64,000 nt of DNA from Desulfobacterales bacterium (GTDB lineage: Bacteria > Desulfobacterota > Desulfobacteria > Desulfobacterales > UBA5852). This document shows, in pieces, positions 60,833-64,000 of the stretch (position 1 is its first letter; each line of letters starts with the position of its first letter). The notes below the pieces were generated by a model that did no database searches, had not been told where the DNA came from, and was given only the letters and a program-made list of their open reading frames with translations. The translations under genes and the position numbers were made by a program. The stretch is from assembly GCA_963674755.2 (NCBI GenBank), contig CAXXVS010000003.1:2016001-2080000 (forward strand), given 5' to 3'.

Positions 60833-61723
60833 CTAAAACGTAATCGGTTTCTCAAAGGTTTCACCTTCCAGAACTGCGCGAATACGGGCCACGGCCCAGT
60901 CGCGCCCCTGAAACAGGATTACCCGGGTACGGCCGGCTTCCTCCAGTTCAAACCCTATTTCGATGTACCCGGAAATCACCTCGTCGGAAATGGCCACGCG
61001 CGTTACCCTGCCAGGGGATTTGAGAAGGTTTTCCGGCCAGGGGATGCCCTGGCGGCGTACATCATCGGAAACGGTTTCTATCGCTTTGAAGAAGCGCTCG
61101 GCCGGGTAGATACGATTTTCAAACTGGGGCAGGTTGTCGAGGGTGTCGATGCGCGGTGCTTCCCCCCGTTCGATGCGCGTCAGCATGTCCCCCGGCACCG
61201 TCAGTTGTTTGAGAACGCGATTGTCTTTGTTGAGGAGGTAGATATTGAAGCCGCTGCCCCCGGGCTCGAAAAAGACGCGATCCCATTCGTTTTCGCTGAT
61301 GAGGCGGACCAGGGTATAGGGCGATAGCAGCTCCGCGGACAGCTCCGGCGGCAGTTCGTTGTACAGATGCCGGAAATGGTCGGCCGATATGATCAGCTCC
61401 CCCCCCCGGGAGAGCGCCTGGGCGATCTGGGCAAAATTCTCAGCATCCCGGGCTTCGCGCTGAACGGCCTGTTTGTCGGTGACGATCTTTTCCAGGATTT
61501 GGCGCGCGTCTTCGGTGCGGTGCCCCTTTTCCCAGATGGCCCCGGATTCGGGGCGGAATTGATTGGTGGTCACCAGGTAGCCGCCCAGGAGATGCTCCAC
61601 CCAGTCAAAACGCAGTTCGGCGATCAGGACGAAGAAGATCACCAGCACCAGGGCAATGGGCCGCAGGGTGAAGATGCGTTTCGACCAGGCGGTGAAAGTA
61701 GGGGGATGGGTCCAGACGTCCAT
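60833..61723 (-). CDS. Hypothetical protein with N-terminal TM anchor
   Basis: 296-aa ORF co-oriented upstream of the PBP1A gene; no family recognised. Confidence 0.8.
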   Translation of the reverse strand: MDVWTHPPTFTAWSKRIFTLRPIALVLVIFFVLIAELRFDWVEHLLGGYLVTTNQFRPESGAIWEKGHRTEDARQILEKIVTDKQAVQREARDAENFAQIAQALSRGGELIISADHFRHLYNELPPELSAELLSPYTLVRLISENEWDRVFFEPGGSGFNIYLLNKDNRVLKQLTVPGDMLTRIERGEAPRIDTLDNLPQFENRIYPAERFFKAIETVSDDVRRQGIPWPENLLKSPGRVTRVAISDEVISGYIEIGFELEEAGRTRVILFQGRDWAVARIRAVLEGETFEKPITF

Positions 61724-61888
61724 GGGTCAATCGGTTCTTGGGTGGTCCAGCATCGGAAAGAGGAAACTATCGGTCGGCATGGTATTCTTCGCAAGCATTC
61801 GACGGGGCTGATCCCGCTCGCCGGGTCGTCGGCCGGCCACGGATCGACGCCGTTGCGGCGGTGCCCCGGGAGGCCTTGTGGCCCCGGG

Positions 61889-62092
61889 CTAACGGTAGAA
61901 GATGGACATCGTCAGATTCCAGGCGTTTTCCGAGCCCTGTGATTCAGATTGAAGGATGTGCAGGATTTCGATATCCGGGTGCTCCCGCAGCCAGTCATTG
62001 ACCTTTTGGGAGAGATTGGTGATGATCGATTCAAACCGTTCGGAGGGAATATGGCCTCCGTCGTAGAACATTTTTACCTGCATCGGTTTCAT
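61889..62092 (-). CDS. Small hypothetical protein (67 aa)
   Basis: Start overlaps the MFS stop (ATGA); QVKMF...KVNDWL...IEILHILQSES...MSIFY. Confidence 0.7.
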   Translation of the reverse strand: MKPMQVKMFYDGGHIPSERFESIITNLSQKVNDWLREHPDIEILHILQSESQGSENAWNLTMSIFYR

Positions 62093-63500
62093 GACGTATG
62101 CTTCTGTTGGGGTGTCCCAAGGGGGCGGTCATCAAGTCGCCGCCACGCAAACCATATTAGCACAGCCAGCATCAGAAGGAAATACCCCGGCAGCCAAAGA
62201 AACGACTGCCGGAAAACCACATCTTCCAGCGCCTGCCGGCCGGCAATACCGGTGGGGGGTGCGGTTTCGCGAAGCGCTGCCAGCAGCAGGGCATAGAGCA
62301 GACCGGCCGCTCCATAGGCCAGGTTATACGAAAGCCCCTTGAAGCTCAACACCGTGGCCCGCTGTTCCGAAGCGGCCACCTGGTTGAGGTAGCGGCTGGA
62401 GAAGAACTGGGTCAACATCATGACCCCATAGAGCAGCGCCAGGGGCATCAGACCGAAATAGGGCCAGAAAAAGGCGATGCCGGTCAAACCGGCGACAGCC
62501 ATGGCGCTAATGACGAAGAAATTAACGGTGGGCCGGAACCGGGCGTCCATCTTTTCCGCTATTTTGGGCATGAACACCCCCATCAGGGCCAGCCCCGATC
62601 CGATCAGGCCAAAGGAAGCATCCGGGAAGTGGATGGCCCGCAGATACTGACTGTTGAGGGTGATCACCACCCGGATTACATGGTCGAACAGCATGCCGGC
62701 CAGGATGACGCACAAGGCCGTGGGGGTGTCCAGAATCCAGCGCCCGGTCCGCAAGGTTATTCGAAAGGCGTACCTTATGGTATGCCAACGCGACCGCGGG
62801 CCACGGTTTTCTTCCACCCGGGGGCCGGCAGGGGGTGTTTCATGCATGCCCAGGGTCTGGATCAGGGCGGCCACGGCCATGACCAGGGTCAGAAAGAGGG
62901 GCAAACGCAGGGCGGCCGCCGGGCTGATCCGCAACGCGATTCCCAGGGCGGCCAGGACGCGGTTGACCAGCGCCGGGTCATAGACCGCCGCCCCGATGCT
63001 CATGGCGAATACATAGCCGATGGATTGATAGCGGATCTGGCGCTCCAACACCCGACCCCAGTCGGCCGCGCGTCCCTCACGCTGCAAGGCATCATAGGCG
63101 AGCGCTTCGTCGGCCCCGCTGGCGGCCGCCTCGGCCATCCCGCTCAAGATCCGGTTCAGCAGGAAAACCGGGAACAACAAGGGGCCGCTGCCCCGGGGCG
63201 CCACACACAGCAGACCGATTTCGATCACCATCAGGATGCCGGCCGCCACCAGCAGATTGCGGCGGCCGATGATATCCGCCAAGGCCCCGGAAGGGACTTC
63301 ACACAACACAATGGTCGCGGCCCAGACGGCATTCAGAAGGGCAAATTGTTCCAGGGTCAGACCAAAATCAAGGAACAGGACCGCGAAGATCGGATAGTAA
63401 AAACGGGCATTGAAGCAGACCCGAAAGGCGATGAAACGGCGTACGTTGCCGATGGCAAAGGGGGCGGACCGGTTTGTTGCAGGTGCAGGTTTGATAGCAT
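62089..63500 (-). CDS. MFS transporter; 5' end apparently frameshifted
   Basis: EVPSGALADIIGRR, SGADEALAYD, RATVLSF. MFS-like sequence (NVRRFIAFRVCFNARFYYPIF) continues upstream of the called start 63309 without an in-frame ATG/GTG/TTG. Confidence 0.8.
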
Positions 63501-63547
63501 CGTCTCCGTCATCGGAGTCCCGTCAAAAACCCCGGGACGCGCGCGGG

Positions 63548-64000
63548 TCAGTTTTCACCGGCGGGGCGTTCGGGAGGCTCGCCTACCGCCTGGCGAAAGG
63601 CTTCCGGGTCTGTGGCGCCTTCGGTGGAAAACAGGAGGATGCGCGAGGTCGGACCCAGATCGAGCCGGAGCCCCTCGTCGCCGTCCCGGGGCCGCATCAA
63701 ACGCTGCAAGCAGCCCAGCGTGACCGCGCCGCATTCGCCCGCTTCCACCGGCGGATCCGGTGGATCGGGAAAGGCCAGTGGCGGCATGGCCTCCAGGGCG
63801 ACCTCGTCCGCACAGCTGGCAAAGCCATCGGCCCAGCGACGCAAAATCGACCACCCCAGGCGCGAGGGCACACCGCAGGCCAGCCCGGCCATACGGGTGG
63901 TCAGATCCCCGTCCACGGAAATGATCGACTCGCCGCCGGCGGCCATGGAGCGGTAATAGCAGTCGGCAGCGGCGGCTTCAACCACGATCAGCCGCGGTCG
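63548..64000 (-). CDS. dpaL: Diaminopropionate ammonia-lyase, C-terminal part (5' end outside window)
   Basis: VVEAAAADCYYRS, TRMAGLACG, AGECGA, LLFSTEGATDP. Confidence 0.85.
   Translation of the reverse strand, partial: RPRLIVVEAAAADCYYRSMAAGGESIISVDGDLTTRMAGLACGVPSRLGWSILRRWADGFASCADEVALEAMPPLAFPDPPDPPVEAGECGAVTLGCLQRLMRPRDGDEGLRLDLGPTSRILLFSTEGATDPEAFRQAVGEPPERPAGEN

Overview
GC-rich bacterial chromosomal window. Gene content (PAS hybrid kinase, sigma-54 promoters, PEP-CTERM protein, MttB pair) suggests a Desulfobacterota/deltaproteobacterial anaerobe; this is inference only. No rRNA, tRNA, CRISPR array or prophage was seen. Left to right: (1) a FadR/GntR-regulated glpD + alkyl-DHAP-synthase-like unit with two matching operators; (2) alkaline phosphatase; (3) an NhaD antiporter with an inserted PAS domain and a candidate nhaA-type cation riboswitch; (4) YheT hydrolase, RluA, AI-2E transporter, parE-parC; (5) a 1510-aa GlmS-like protein, an MmgE/PrpD protein and a GFA protein; (6) a methylated-amine cluster: RpiR regulator, sarcosine-oxidase-like soxBDAG, two non-pyrrolysine MttB methyltransferases, osmoprotectant ABC transporter; (7) prkA-yeaH-spoVR-prkA2; (8) Met gamma-lyase-like enzyme and ErcA/ErcS-like pair; (9) an uncalled 57-aa ORF coupled to a short tyrosine recombinase; (10) pal, secreted hypotheticals, SDR, Smr, PEP-CTERM, SPOR, PBP1A, an apparently frameshifted MFS gene and the end of a diaminopropionate ammonia-lyase. 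Two dispersed non-coding repeat families (3 and 4 copies) occupy intergenic spaces. Best candidates for something new: the giant GlmS-like pseudo-dimer, the NhaD-PAS fusion with its riboswitch candidate, the MttB-SoxBDAG cluster, and repeat family A. All calls are by eye from motifs; no database searches were run.
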